From Octopus sinensis (lineage: Eukaryota), in the NCBI RefSeq assembly GCF_006345805.1, contig NC_043003.1, forward strand, positions 37,758,001-37,822,000: 64,000 nt of DNA, written 5' to 3'. The position numbers were made by a program, and so were the translations under genes. The notes below the pieces were generated by a model. That model did not search any database. It was given only the letters and a program-made list of their open reading frames with translations, and was not told the DNA's origin. Below, one piece after another: positions 1 to 11,975 of the stretch (its first letter is position 1; each line of letters begins with the position of its first letter).

Positions 1-403
1 GGTCATTCATGACCAAAGGAAGTCTTTACCATTTACATCTATATGAGATACTTTCTTGTGATGAATACTGCAGTTCCTTGGCTTTCAACAGTATATCTCT
101 GTTAAGTATGATATACAGAATGCTACATGAATATATTTTGGTATAATTTATGCCTAAAAAAGTAAAAAAAATTTAAACAATGTATCTATATATTCTAGTT
201 ATAAATATTAATATTTATTTAAATTATAGAAAATTATTAAGTAGTTACCACTTTACTATTCAATCGCAGGTTACTAAATTACATAATATAAATATATTTC
301 AATACAATTATTATCTATCTTTAAATAATTTATGACTGAAAATTACAACAGAGCCAGCAATCGACAACCTCATTATACTGGCTATAGATATTGATTATTT
401 AAA

Positions 404-907
404 TAGTGCTTCTCAACTGGGGTCCATATAAGATTTTCTGGGGTCCACATAATCAAATTAGTAAATTGAGGATCTACAATAGTATTTTAGGGGTCCATGA
501 AAAAATTTTACAAGAAACAGCCAGGTTTCTTTCCCTAACATTATACATAGTTCAAACTACACAAGGGAATGTGTGAAAAAACAAAATAGGAATTTTGAAA
601 CAAGTACTGCATCCTTCAAAACTTCCATGCTTCCTGATATTCGCCAACACTACACTTGATTTTCTCCCCTCCATACACACACAAGCATGTTCACTTTCCA
701 GACATTTCTACATTACTGCATGTACTTTATATGCACTTTCTGACAAGTTGTGGTGCACCTGAGCACTGTATACAATAATTTCATTATATATAAGTATCTA
801 TAAAACAAAGTTTTAAACATTGAATGGCTTTGTGGGGTCCACCAGAGCAGAATAGTAATCAAAGGGATCTATAGATAAAAAAAAAAAAAAAACGGTTGAG
901 AACTACT
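404..907. mobile_element. hAT-type MITE with nested CR1 fragment
   Basis: Terminal inverted repeats TAGTGCTTCTCAAC / GTTGAGAACTACT and a perfect 8-bp TSD TATTTAAA (396-403 and 908-915). Related to the MITE at 56286-56536. Confidence 0.8.
605..790 (+). mobile_element. CR1 LINE 3' end fragment
   Basis: Matches the reverse complement of the CR1 3' end at 20418-20640 and ends ...gagcactgtatacaataatttcattat. Confidence 0.75.
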
Positions 908-1287
908 TATTTAAACTATCTTATATGGTATGAGGTACAGTGTGTGACCATACAGATTGAATTTCAAATTTGGAAACATATTTGGAAATCTTTCCCAGAA
1001 TGAAAGGACTGATAAACTTTGGGCTGACCAATGCTTTGTGAGGGAATTTATTTGATGGAAATTTTGTGTGTATGTGTGTATTTGGCTTTGTGTTTGCCCC
1101 CAGTCACTGGACAATCAGACAATCGGTGTTGGTTTGTTTACCTGTAACTTAGCAGTTCAGCAGAAAGAGAAGAACGAAGTAGTACAAGACCTGAAATAAG
1201 TATTAAGTTCAATTTGTTCAATTAAAACCTTTAAAGATGGTGCTCCAGCATAGACACAGTCCAACGATTAAAACATGTAAAAGAAGA

Positions 1288-1640
1288 TATCTTTTATCTT
1301 TTATTTGTTTCAGTCATTAAACTGTGGCCATGCTGGGGCACCACCTTGAAGAATTTTTAGTTGAATGAATTTGACACCAGTGCCTATTTTTAATTAAGCC
1401 TGGTGCTTATTCTATTGGCCTCTTTTTGCCAAACCACTAAGTTATGGGGGATATAAACACACCAACACTGGTTGTCAAGTGGTGGTGGTGGGACACACAC
1501 ACAAGAGGTTTCTTTCAATTTCCATCTAGCAAATTCACTCACAAGGTTTTGATCAGCCTGAGCCTATAGTAGAAAACACTTTCCCATTGTGCCACACAGT
1601 GAGGCTGAACCTGGAATCATATGGTTGGAAAGCAGATCAG
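1288..1640 (-). mobile_element. Octopus-type tRNA-derived SINE (family A), diverged
   Basis: Similar to cleaner copies at 22508-22945 and 39425-39825. Confidence 0.75.
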
Positions 1641-2896
1641 CCTTCACACAAACAGTTAAGATTTAAAAAAAAAATATTGTGCATGCATCTGTTAACAGTT
1701 AATATTTAAAAAGATCTCAAATCTGTAAGTCCATTACACTGACTTCAGTACTTGATTAACACTTCCTTTTAACAACTTTGTAAGGACAAAAGGCAAAGTT
1801 GAATTTGGACCCAGAACATAAAACGTCAGAACAAATACTGCAAGGTATTTTGTCTGACACTTTAATGATCTGAACAATTCACCATCCTTTTACATACACA
1901 CACACACATAAACAGTCACAAAAGTTATAAAATAACCATTAATGATTTGATTTGCCTTTCATCACTCCAGGGCTGCTAAGACAAAGTACTAATCAATTAC
2001 TGGCATTGATATAATAAACTTCCAAAGTTTCAGGTGTCTGTACCTATGTTAGAAACTTATTATTATTACTATTATTGCGTGCACTCATTTAACCTAAGAT
2101 GTTTTAAGTGTTCTTTATGCACACACATACAGGAAGAGAGAGAGGAGGGGGGAGGTGTCAAAATGATGTTTATGATTATGGAGTAAATGGTAATTGCCAT
2201 TTAATATTGTTTAGCCCCTAGACAGTCCTGACCAAAAAGGTTCCAAGAAGTGACAATACCTTTATTTTGCTTCTCCAGATACAGTGTGTCCGATGTGTCC
2301 TTCCTTCTTTAAGACAGCTGAATTCATGATTTGCTGCAGATCTGGTAGCTATTTCTAGCAGGTCAAGCAATAGCATAGAGGCTCTTCCTTCATTAGTCCA
2401 AGGGCAAAAATGTACTAGCGATAACTGACACCTAATTTATGGGAACCTATGATATCGGGGAAGAGGGTAATTTATTTTATTATAATGAATTTATTGTGTA
2501 CAAAGTTCAAGTGCACCACAACAAACATAAAATCTATGTTGCAACCAGCATGGATAACCTTTTTTTGAGCAGGTCGCATGAGACACAGCTCATCATGAAT
2601 CTGACTGCACTACTAACAAATTCAAGGTAATTTTTCGTTAGGTGTGCCATTCACAAAGTCCTGTGGGCTGCAGTTGGCCCATGACTGAGTTACATGCTTT
2701 TCTTCAATTTCCTGACTATAATCTTTTTTCTTCCTACTTCAGACACAAGATCCAAAATTTTGAAGAAGAGGATAGTTAATTACATTGACCACAGTGATCA
2801 ACTTTTATCGACTTTGAATGGATTAATGGCGAATTTGAACTTGGTATTTAAAACTGAAAGAAAGGATACCAAGCATTTCATTGTGTGTGCTAACGA

Positions 2897-3129
2897 ATCA
2901 GCTATAGCTTTAGTTAAGCTATACACAAAAATTAACAAAGACCCAGAATGTGTAAGGAAAAAATTTATTTAGTTGAAAACATGAGAGCAACAGCCACCAG
3001 TCAACTCCTGCTTCGTGGAAGCCTGCTTAACTGGAAGTCAACTTTGCTGCAAACCAGCTCCTTAGCTAGCCCACATCAAAGTTCCTGTCTACATTTTGTC
3101 TATCATAAATTCTTGGGCAGTGCCCTACA
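2897..3129 (-). mobile_element. Gypsy 3' LTR, CpG-decayed, left end lost next to a SINE remnant
   Basis: About 230-bp diverged direct repeat of 4274-4513. It begins TGTAGGG on the minus strand just after a polypurine tract GGGCAGGGGAAGC (3134-3146) downstream of the integrase. Confidence 0.75.
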
Positions 3130-3133
3130 TACA

Positions 3134-4084
3134 GCTTCCCCTGCCCAAAACAGTCGACTGTCATTGGAACTGGGAAGGCGTTTTAACTGCCCTGTCCATG
3201 TGTGTAGTTACTCGGCTCATTGGTGACTGTTCCTTACCAAAGGTTTGGTGTGATTTGCCAGGGGCAGTCCCTGTTTGGTGGTTGAGTTACTTGGATGGGG
3301 TTGTCAGTATTGAGATGGGCCAGTTTCAACCTATCAGTAGAAACTGTGTCTTGTCACCCACCAATCAGATGTTGGAATGATTTGTCTCCTGGACATATGA
3401 CTTCATATGGGCCATCGTAGGGTGACTGGAGGGTTTTTGTTGTGACATGTTGAACAAACACAAAGTTAGCTGTGCAGAGGTCATTTGGTACAGATGATCT
3501 ATGTGTACCATGTGTTGATATGGGAATAGGGTACAACTGGCCCACACTGTCTCAGTTGCACGAGGTACCTTTTGACATCTGGGTCTGACTTTGTGTTCGC
3601 AAGGAACTCTCCTGGCACTGTAAGAGGAGTACCATACACTATTTCTGCAGAAGTGTTGAGATTTTCCTTTGGGGCAGTGCGGATTCCCAACATCACCCAT
3701 GGAAGTCAATCAATCCAATTGGGCCAGTTAAGTCTGGTTGTCAGGGATTCCTTCAGGTGGCAGTGAAATCTCCCCACTAACCCATTGGCCTGTGGATGGT
3801 AGGCTATTGTGCGCTTCATTGTGATTCCAAAAAGGTTACACGTCATTCCACAGCTTTGAGGTGAATTGTGGACCCCGATCAGATGAGATGCTATCTAGGA
3901 CACTGAAACGGACAACCCAATTTGTGAAGGCTCGGCTGACTTCTTGTGTTTCTGTGCTGCAGAGAGGGATAGCCTCAGGCCAAAGTGTGTAGTGGTCTAC
4001 CAAGTATGAGCAACCCTGTGAAGGTAGTAGGGGGCCGAAACGGGGTGGTAGGGATTGAAACGGACCTGTGATGGTTTCATACAA
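3134..4084 (-). pseudogene. Gypsy/Ty3 LTR-retrotransposon integrase fragment (frameshifted)
   Basis: Minus-strand translations give WPEAIPL, SDRGPQFTS, AYHPQANG, LPWVMLGIRTAPKENL, EIVYGTPLTVPGEF and the GPY/F motif LQSPYDGPYEVI. Confidence 0.9.
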
Positions 4085-4273
4085 CGTACGAATATTTCAT
4101 TAGATCTGAAGTTATTTTGCGTATATTAAATTGCGCCTCCGCCTACGCGAACCATAGCTCAGCCCTTTTCGACCAGAATTGTGATAGCTTCAGAAATGTT
4201 GTATGATCGTTTGCTATGTTTCTTTGATTTTCTGTTTACTTCGATGTGCGAAGCGAAAGCTGTTGTTCTTCTG

Positions 4274-4513
4274 TGTAGTCATCAGTTATAGCTTTAGTTA
4301 TACTATACACAAAAATTAACGAAGACCCAGAACGTGTAAGTGAAGGATTTATTTAGCTGAAAACATGAAGGCGACAGCCACCAGTCAACTCCGGCTTCGT
4401 AAGAGCCTGCTTGAATGGAAGGCAATTTCGCCGCAGACCAGCTCCTTAGCTAGTCCACAGCGAAGTTCCTGTCTACAGTTCGTCTGTCATAATTCATTGC
4501 TCTGTACCCTACA
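4274..4513 (-). mobile_element. Complete 240-bp Gypsy LTR retaining CpGs
   Basis: TGTAG...CTACA termini and homology to 2897-3129. No PBS or TSD seen. Confidence 0.8.
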
Positions 4514-5859
4514 CGGCCAGCATTGACGAATTCAGTTTTTTTAACGCAATGTATAAAAAGTATGTTGTAGTTGTATCTTGGTTAAGAAAAAGAGAAAAAA
4601 AAAGTAAACAAATGAAAAATAAAAGGCAAGCACACTTCCTCGATTATGTATCGTTACAGGGGACACAGGTGTTGCCCACTAAAAGATTGAGGTAACTTAA
4701 AACACTGTATAACCGTAGGTGACCGCGTGACTGAGCCACCGGAACAAACAAGCATTCTTGTGAGTATCACTTAATAGTTTGGTGAGATGCGATATCAACA
4801 GAATAAAAACTTCTTTATCAGCAGCCAAGCTTCTCAAACATCTCAAATGTTAGAATTTGATTAATGCGTTGGCTGACAAAATGTGGTAAATCAGTGTTTT
4901 ATTCCGCTGAGCTACGGATGTAGTAAACTGGTACAGAATTAACGAAGTATGACGGAGCATAAGGGAAGCTAACAGAGACGTCCCATATAAGACATCTATC
5001 TCTAGGTCAGGAGTAAAGAATAAGTTCATTAGGTCTCTTTCCATCATCCTGGCCCCATGATATTTACCCTGGCAAGGGCGCCTTTAAGAAAATCTATCTT
5101 GCTATATCGAACGAAGTGAATTAATCGAGTAAGTTAATTGTAATTAAGGTAAGAGTTATCTCCCTTCACTCACAGATATTCTTTATTTAACATTGACAGA
5201 AATAATTAGACAAGCAGGCTTTTCATTAAAAACAATGATTATCCATCCTATCATGTGTGTCGTAATATCTCGAGAGAAGCAGTGAACCTTAAACTGTTAG
5301 CAGAGCATATAAGATAATGTTAATGGTTTCTAACATTAGCACAAGGGTACAGGTTGGGGATTGGGAGATAAAGTCGATTAAATCACCTTTAGTACCAGAC
5401 TGCCAATTCATCGTTATTTTACCGTTTCCAGACAGATGAAAGATAAAAATGATCCGATCTGGATATGAACTCAGAAGATTAATGAAAGCATTAAATATAG
5501 TCAAATATTTTGTCTAGTCATCAACTTCTGATTGTGATAATATATGCTCAGTTTAACACAATCATTTTCTTTCTGAAGTGGTCTCAGTTGGCTGCAAGCA
5601 TTCAGAGCCAGATTTATCCAGTTCGAGGATATTTTCTCTCACCGATCTCAGAGGTCCCGAAATACTTCTTTTCTTTGTAACTTACTGACTGAAGGGTGGG
5701 GGAACAAATCGTATCCATTTTATCAATCCAGGCGCGATTTTAAGGAAGACGAACCCACCAGTATTTAAACTTAGAACATAAAAGGACATTTCTAAATATC
5801 GGAAAGTATCGTCTCGTGCTCACCGTACCTTTCTATTATAGGCTTGAAAGTTTGTATGA

Positions 5860-6225
5860 AGCAGTATAGTCGATTATATCGACTCTAGTGCTCAACTGGA
5901 ACTTCTCTTATCGATTCCGAGAGGATGAAAGGCAAAGTGGACCTCGGTGGAATTTGAACTCAAAACGTAAGGACGTACGAAAAGGTGCAAAACGTTTTGT
6001 CCGACGCGCTAGAGATTCTGCCAGCTCACCATCTTCGCTTTAAGGATAATAATAATGGTTTCAAATTTTGGCACACGGACATTAATTTTGGTGGAGGTGT
6101 TAAGTCGATTACATCGACCCTAGTAATCAACTGGTACTTATTTTATCGACTCCGAAACGGGAGGAAATGCCTCTAAGCATTTCGCTCAGCGTGCTAACGT
6201 TTCTGCCAGCTCACCGTCTTGTTGA
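5860..6225 (-). mobile_element. Two adjacent family B SINE copies retaining CpGs
   Basis: Both contain ...aggatgaaaggcaaagt...gaatttgaactc and/or ...ttctgccagctcacc; they match the cleaner copy at 34505-34741. Confidence 0.75.
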
Positions 6226-7214
6226 TGATGATGATAAAAGATAAACAGGAAATGGAAACTAACTTCGTGGTGGCGAACCGAATTAACTATAAATTGGTAT
6301 GTTAGGTCGGTGGGTGAGGATAGACCTTAACTTACAAAAGGAGTTAATGGTGTGTACAGCACTTATACCTGTTCACTGAGTGTTACAGTTGACAGCACAA
6401 AGGTGATAAACACATCCGTCTTATACAGAGAGAGGGGAGGGGAAAGAAACGGAGATGGCAGAGAGAGAGGAGGGAGATAAGGCGATAAACAATAAAGAAA
6501 AAGAAAATAAAAGGAACTGAGGTTGAAAGGAAAAAGTAATTAAGACGAAAAAATATATATAAAGTAAAGGAATGACTATCTTTAGCCCAAAAGATCTACT
6601 GACAGTGTCTCTTCAGTTCAGACACGTCAGCAAATCCTCCAATAAATAATTTTTGTGCATTCATCGATTCTTTTTTCTTTTCTTTTTTAAAAAAAGAAAG
6701 TTGTCGGGGGGAGGGGGGGAAACTTTGCAGAAGGTATGGTTACAAGTTCCGGCAGGTCATGTAACAAAGTGTAATGACTTATTTGATCCATTATGGATTA
6801 TGCTGGCTCTGAGAGACCACCAAATCTTTCCAGAGAGCCACAATGAATGAGAGAAAAAAGGGTAAAAAAAAAAAAAAATCAGTGTACTTTACATCATAAC
6901 AGGTTACACACAAGCTACACCCACTGGAAACCCCCATACACAAACCAACAAGGGAACTTCTACAACAGTATTTCTCAATCAGAGTCCAAAGAAGATTTTG
7001 TTATAATTTATCTGCAATAAATTGGTTATACTTTACAATACACAAAATATCTTAACAAGTTTGCTCCCCTGCTTGCAATATATATCGGGTGCAGATTGCA
7101 TTGGTAACCAGCTGGAGGAGAATTCTCCTGGGGTCAAAATGGTAGTAACATCAGTTCTTATGGAACAGCCATATTGATGTGGCAATAAACATTACTTTTC
7201 AGTATAGTTACTAT

Positions 7215-7452
7215 TCTTTTTACTCTTTTACTTGTTTCAGTCATTTGACTGCGGCCATGCTGGAGCACTGCCTTTAGTCGAGCAAATCGACCCCAGGACT
7301 TATTCTTTGGAAGCCTAGTACTTATTGTATTGGTCTCTTTTGCTGAACTGCTAAGTTACAGGGACGTAAACACAGCACCATTGGTTGTCAAGCGATGTTG
7401 GGGGGACAAACACAGACACACATATACACACACATACATATATATATATATA
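7215..7452 (-). mobile_element. Family A SINE, 3' half, ending in (TA)n
   Basis: Typical actctttactcttttacttgtttcagtc...ggggacaaacacagacac sequence. Confidence 0.85.
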
Positions 7453-7454
7453 TA

Positions 7455-7610
7455 AACAATTGCAGCGTGGAAGGTGTTTATAAGCCATTTAAGAAACACA
7501 CAAAACCGTTAGATTCACTTCAACATATAAATTTAATTTGTCAAAATATTTTCGGCGCTTTGAGACCGTGACCTGTTCACTGACAAAACTTCGTGCTGCA
7601 GCACAAAGTT
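7455..7610 (-). mobile_element. Penelope-like short repeat with hammerhead-like motif (copy 1)
   Basis: Near-identical to 41235-41378, adjacent to (TA)n, with an imperfect terminal palindrome at 7587-7610. Confidence 0.6.
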
Positions 7611-8499
7611 TTTATTATGTGAACTACACTGGCCAAAAATTGTTCATAATTTTTACTACATGTAAATATCTTGTCAACTAATCAAACAAACCTGGTTAGA
7701 CAGTACTATGCTGATATGGTCTCATAGTCCGAAACATGTGCAGAGTTGTCCTTTGCTTGAAAACAAAAATCAGACTGGCTCCTAAGTACATGAATTGACA
7801 ATGAAAGATCAATTTTTGATTTTTTGAAATTATATCTTTTCCTTTTACTTTTTTTTTTAAATGAACGACTACAATAATTGTTTGATTTTGCTTTCTTTTT
7901 CTAATTAACAGGAAGATTTTTTAACATGTTATATTCAGTACATTGCACCTAAAATTATTTAGTACAGTTATATTTTGTGATAAAAAAATAAGATGTTTAT
8001 ACTAATTAAAGAAAGGGTTCAGAGATCTTTCCTATTGGGTTACCAAAGTAGACAATCTTTGCTTCTTTTACACACACACACACACACACACAACACATAT
8101 TTTATCAGCAAATCTGTAATCCAATACACTTTTTTGAGGGTGATAGTATTGTATTCTTGTCATATACGTGTCAATCTTCCATTGGTGAAAACAGATTGGG
8201 TTACATTTCACACAAACAGTAAAGTGATAACTTTGATTTTTAATGTACATATATTTTGTATTTACTACAAACAGCAGTTTTACTACGAATGGTTTAGTAG
8301 TTAGTCTGTTGGAGATATTATCATCAAGGACATGGGTTTCATTTCCAAATTGAGTGGCAAGTTGTGTTCTTGAGCAGGCTACTTCATTTCACATGGCTTC
8401 AATTCACTTGACTGAAAATGAGTAACATCATGACATCAATGGCCCTTGATGGCTGCAGCACATTGAATGGCGTTCATACTTCAGTGACTGAATATTTAA

Positions 8500-8719
8500 C
8501 TCTTTCGTTACTGTATTTATTTTGAAATGCTCTGTGTTTCTTTCAATTACTTTAAATATGACAAAGAATTTAGTGAAATAACTTAGTTATCATTAAGCGA
8601 GTGTTAGGGACATAAATTGTGATTAAAGTCTGGTGGAAGGTTTTAATTCAAAACTTGTGAAGACAAGATATTTGTACTCAGAGTCAAAGCCGGTTTCAGC
8701 TGGGTTGGTAACGAAAGGG
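8500..8719. mobile_element. piggyBac-type MITE
   Basis: TIRs CTCTTTCGTTAC / GTAACGAAAGGG with TTAA on both sides (8496-8499, 8720-8723). Confidence 0.8.
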
Positions 8720-8804
8720 TTAAATGAAAATTCTGTCTACGTTGACTAAACATTCATTGTACTAGTACATCATGTACTAGTACTAAATACATGCCATCAA
8801 ATAT

Positions 8805-9151
8805 TGAAGACAATAGCCAGTACTGCATTGACTGGCCTCCGTGCTGGTGGCACGTAACAAACACCATCTGATCGTGGCCGTGCCAGCCTTGCCTGGCCTG
8901 GCCTCTGTGCCGGTGGCACGTAAAAAACACCATCCGAGCGTGGCCGTTCGCCAGCCTCGTCTGGCACTTGTGTCGGTGGCACATAAAAAGCACCCATACA
9001 CTCACGGAGTGGTTGGCGTTAGGAAGGACATCCAGCTGTAGAAACACTGCTAGATCTGACTGGCCTGGTGCAGCCTTTGGGCTTCCCAGACCCCAGTTGA
9101 ACCGTCCAACCCATGCTAGCATGGAAAGCGGACGTTAAACGATGATGATGA
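8805..9151 (+). mobile_element. RTE LINE 3' UTR with ~55-bp tandem repeats and (GAT)n tail
   Basis: Three repeats of ...gtgcyggtggcacrtaa..., then aggaaggacatccagctgtagaaa...cggacgttaaacgatgatgatg. Same family as 61060-61987. Confidence 0.8.
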
Positions 9152-9683
9152 ATAAAAAAAGAACATTCTAGAACCTACAAAAAAGAGCAAGCAGAAAGGA
9201 TAAACAGACTGAGTCAATAGGATAAGGTGTCATTGTTTATTGCACAGGTTTAGTGGAGTAAACAGTGGCACCACAGTAAAATTGTTTCATTGATTTATAT
9301 AATCAAAGGTGTATCTATGCCCTCCCACCATCATTCATAAAAAATGGACAAGATTCAATTCATTCATCACCATCATCCTTTTATGTCCATTTTCCATGCT
9401 GGCATGGATCTGACAGTTTGACAAGAACTGACAAATCAGAAGAATGTTCCAGTCTTTGGCATGGTTTCTACAGCTGGATGCCTCACACCCACTATTTTGA
9501 AATTGGGAAAATAAGACAATGTGAGAACAAAAATGAAAGGAAACAAGTAAAATAAGAAAATGAAATGGGAAAAAGAAAAAGACAAAAGAAATAAAGAGAG
9601 GAAAAGATAAAATGCTAACAAACTGGTATATATTGACAGAGGAGACAGAGAAGAAACAAAATCAAAGAGAGAGAGAAAGGGAG

Positions 9684-9717
<34 letters not shown>

Positions 9718-9734
9718 ACAGAAACAGTCTAGTC

Positions 9735-10046
9735 CAGAGCTGGCCAAACTGCGGCCTGCAAACTTTTATCTTGCAGCCCACTTAATACTTCCTTGAAATG
9801 GGTTTATTTAAACTAACATCTTTGAAATTTTATCAAAAATTAAAGATTGTAATGAAAAGTAAAAAAGAAAGATACTACTGTTTTAGCAGAGATAGTATTT
9901 CATGTTGAATCAATGATCATTCATTCGTTATTGTAATATTAGTATGAGAAAGCAAAATGCTTTCAATTCTGTCAGTATACAAGTGGCCCTCAAAAAGCAT
10001 TGTGATTAAAGTAGCCTGCAATGTAATTCAAGTTGGCCAGGCTCTA
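9735..10046. mobile_element. hAT/Charlie-like MITE, decayed
   Basis: Imperfect TIRs CAGAGCTGGCCAAACT / AGTTGGCCAGGCTCTA; left flank GTCTAGTC resembles a Charlie target site. Confidence 0.55.
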
Positions 10047-11619
10047 GTCAATAGACTTTTTTTATGAATAATCATTAAAACAGCAAATGACTCTGATACT
10101 CAAGTGAAAAACTAAATGCATTTATTTCACTCCTAGCTGTTCTAAGTTCAAATGTTACCAGACTCAGTATAGCCATTCAATTATCCCAGCATCAGTAACT
10201 TATGTACCAATAATATTTCAAAGTTGATTCTGTTAATTATATATATGCTTCCTCTACAAATATTAGCCTAAACCTGAAAATCGGTAGCAGTGGTCCAGTA
10301 TTACAGCTTCTATAGTGATTCCATTCACATCTATGATGTATGACAGAAATGTAAATCAACTCTAGTGATTTCATCATTATTAGGTGTGTACACCAAAAAA
10401 TATATCCGATGAAAAACATACTGTCAAGGGAATACTGGCTGAAAGACAAGTTAGTCAAACAGCATGTCTGTTGAAAGACCAGTTGCTTGCAAACATTAGT
10501 TGACAAGAATTCACTGGAAAATATATATACATATAGATATATATGTATATGTATATTCTGAAAATATATGCAAACCAAAGGATTTTTTAAAATAAAATCT
10601 TACTGTGATTTTAAAAGAACAAATTATAAAATAAGATATGATAAAAATAATAATACCATACATATAAGAAATATTGCACAAGGCCAGCAATTTGGGGGAA
10701 GGGGTAAGTTGATTACATCAACTCTAGTACTCAACTGCTACTTATTTTATCAACCCTGATAGGATGAAAGGCAAAGTTAACCTCAGTGGAATTTGAACTC
10801 AGATGCTTGCGTTAGAAAGAGCATCCAGCCATAGAAACCATGCCACAACAGACAATTGGAGTCTGGCTACCTTCTGACAAATCATCTAACCCATGCCAGT
10901 ATGGAAAATGGACATTAAACCATGATGATAATGATATAAAGACAGATGAAATACTGTTATGCATTTTCCCCTGGTGTGCTAATGATTTTTCAAGCTCGCC
11001 ACCTTATTTATATGAAACATTTGTTAACCCACAGAGCTTAATAGAACTTCTTCTATAGGTCATATAACTAGTAAGTAGATTAGGACCAATCAGACTAATT
11101 TGCTTTCGTTATCCTGCTTGAAGATGCTCTTGCTGATTAGCCCCAAGTCAGCTCTGATTTAGTAGATCAATGATCAATTGTATTCCAACTTTCATTAGTT
11201 ATGAGTACAGACATGACTGTATGGTTTAAGAATTTTACTTGCAACAAATAGGCTTCTGGTTCAAACATACAGCACAACACTTTGTACAAGAGCAAGTGTC
11301 TATCATCATAGCTTTGGGTCAACAAAACACTTGTGAGTGAAATTTGGTACATAGAAACTATATGGAAGCTTGTCAAAGACACTGTTCTTGTTTTTGGGTA
11401 GTTAGACTAAATCTTCCACCCAGTTTAATACCACTACCTGGCCCCTGGGCACCTTTAACTGAGTCCTCTCTATAGCAAGAATTCTTGTTAGATCTCTGAT
11501 CTGAGAACATCCTCTTTCCAACCACTTGTCTCAGAAACTCTGAACAGAGGGATCATGGCTGCTGCTTTCCTTCCTCTAAGCAATATTTTTTAAAGTCCAT
11601 TTTTCTTTTTCATTTAGAG

Positions 11620-11975
11620 GCATGGCTCTAAGGTTAAGAAGCATAATTTACAACCATGTGATTTCGAGTTCAGTTCCACTGTATGGCACCTTGGGCAAGT
11701 GCCTTCCACTATAACCCCAGCACAACGCCTTGTGAGTGAATCAGATAAATGGAAACTGTGTGGAAGCCAATCAGATGTGTGTGTGAGTGCATTTCCTCAC
11801 CACTATGTGAGAACAGGTGTTGGCTTGTTTACATCCCCATAACTTAATGATTCAATGATAGAATAAGTATCAGACTTTTAAAAAGTAAAGTACTGGGGTT
11901 GATTTGTCCGACTATGCTCTTCAAGATTGTGCACCAGTATGACCACAGTTCAATGACTGAAACAAGTGAAAGATA
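11620..11975 (+). mobile_element. Family A SINE, diverged sense copy
   Basis: tRNA-like head ggcatggct...gagttcagttccact, then ggcaccttgggcaagtg, ending gactgaaacaagtgaaagataaaaga. Confidence 0.7.

Larger units (their letters stand above)
4085..6500. promoter_or_regulatory. CpG-retaining island, candidate promoter / first-exon region
   Basis: CpG is frequent here in unique DNA, the LTR and SINE copies, while the rest of the window is CpG-depleted. Several consensus splice donors are present, e.g. gtaagt 5129 and gtaaga 5149. Confidence 0.45.

Noticed and set aside
2576-2629. 54-nt plus-strand exon candidate (gagcag|...caag|gtaatt)
   Set aside because: It lies in a CpG-decayed hAT-like remnant (gtgggctgcagttggccca nearby); no other support.
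5058-5085. ATATTTACCCTGGCAAGGG resembling the 5' end of U1 snRNA
   Set aside because: Similarity stops after about 18 nt; no U1 stem-loops or Sm site follow.
7706-7745. Possible fourth hammerhead-like motif (CTGATAT-GGTCT..AGTCC-GAAACATGTG)
   Set aside because: The core lacks G8/A9 spacing, stem II is mismatched and the cleavage position would be G; too degenerate to support.
8820-8990. Regularly spaced ~55-bp repeats (also 61560-61810) superficially like a CRISPR array
   Set aside because: The units are contiguous tandem repeats without unique spacers in the 3' UTR of an RTE LINE, in eukaryotic DNA.
10237-10578. 113-aa minus-strand ORF
   Set aside because: It starts in a (TA/CA) microsatellite, has no recognisable domain, and contains short internal repeats typical of TE ends.
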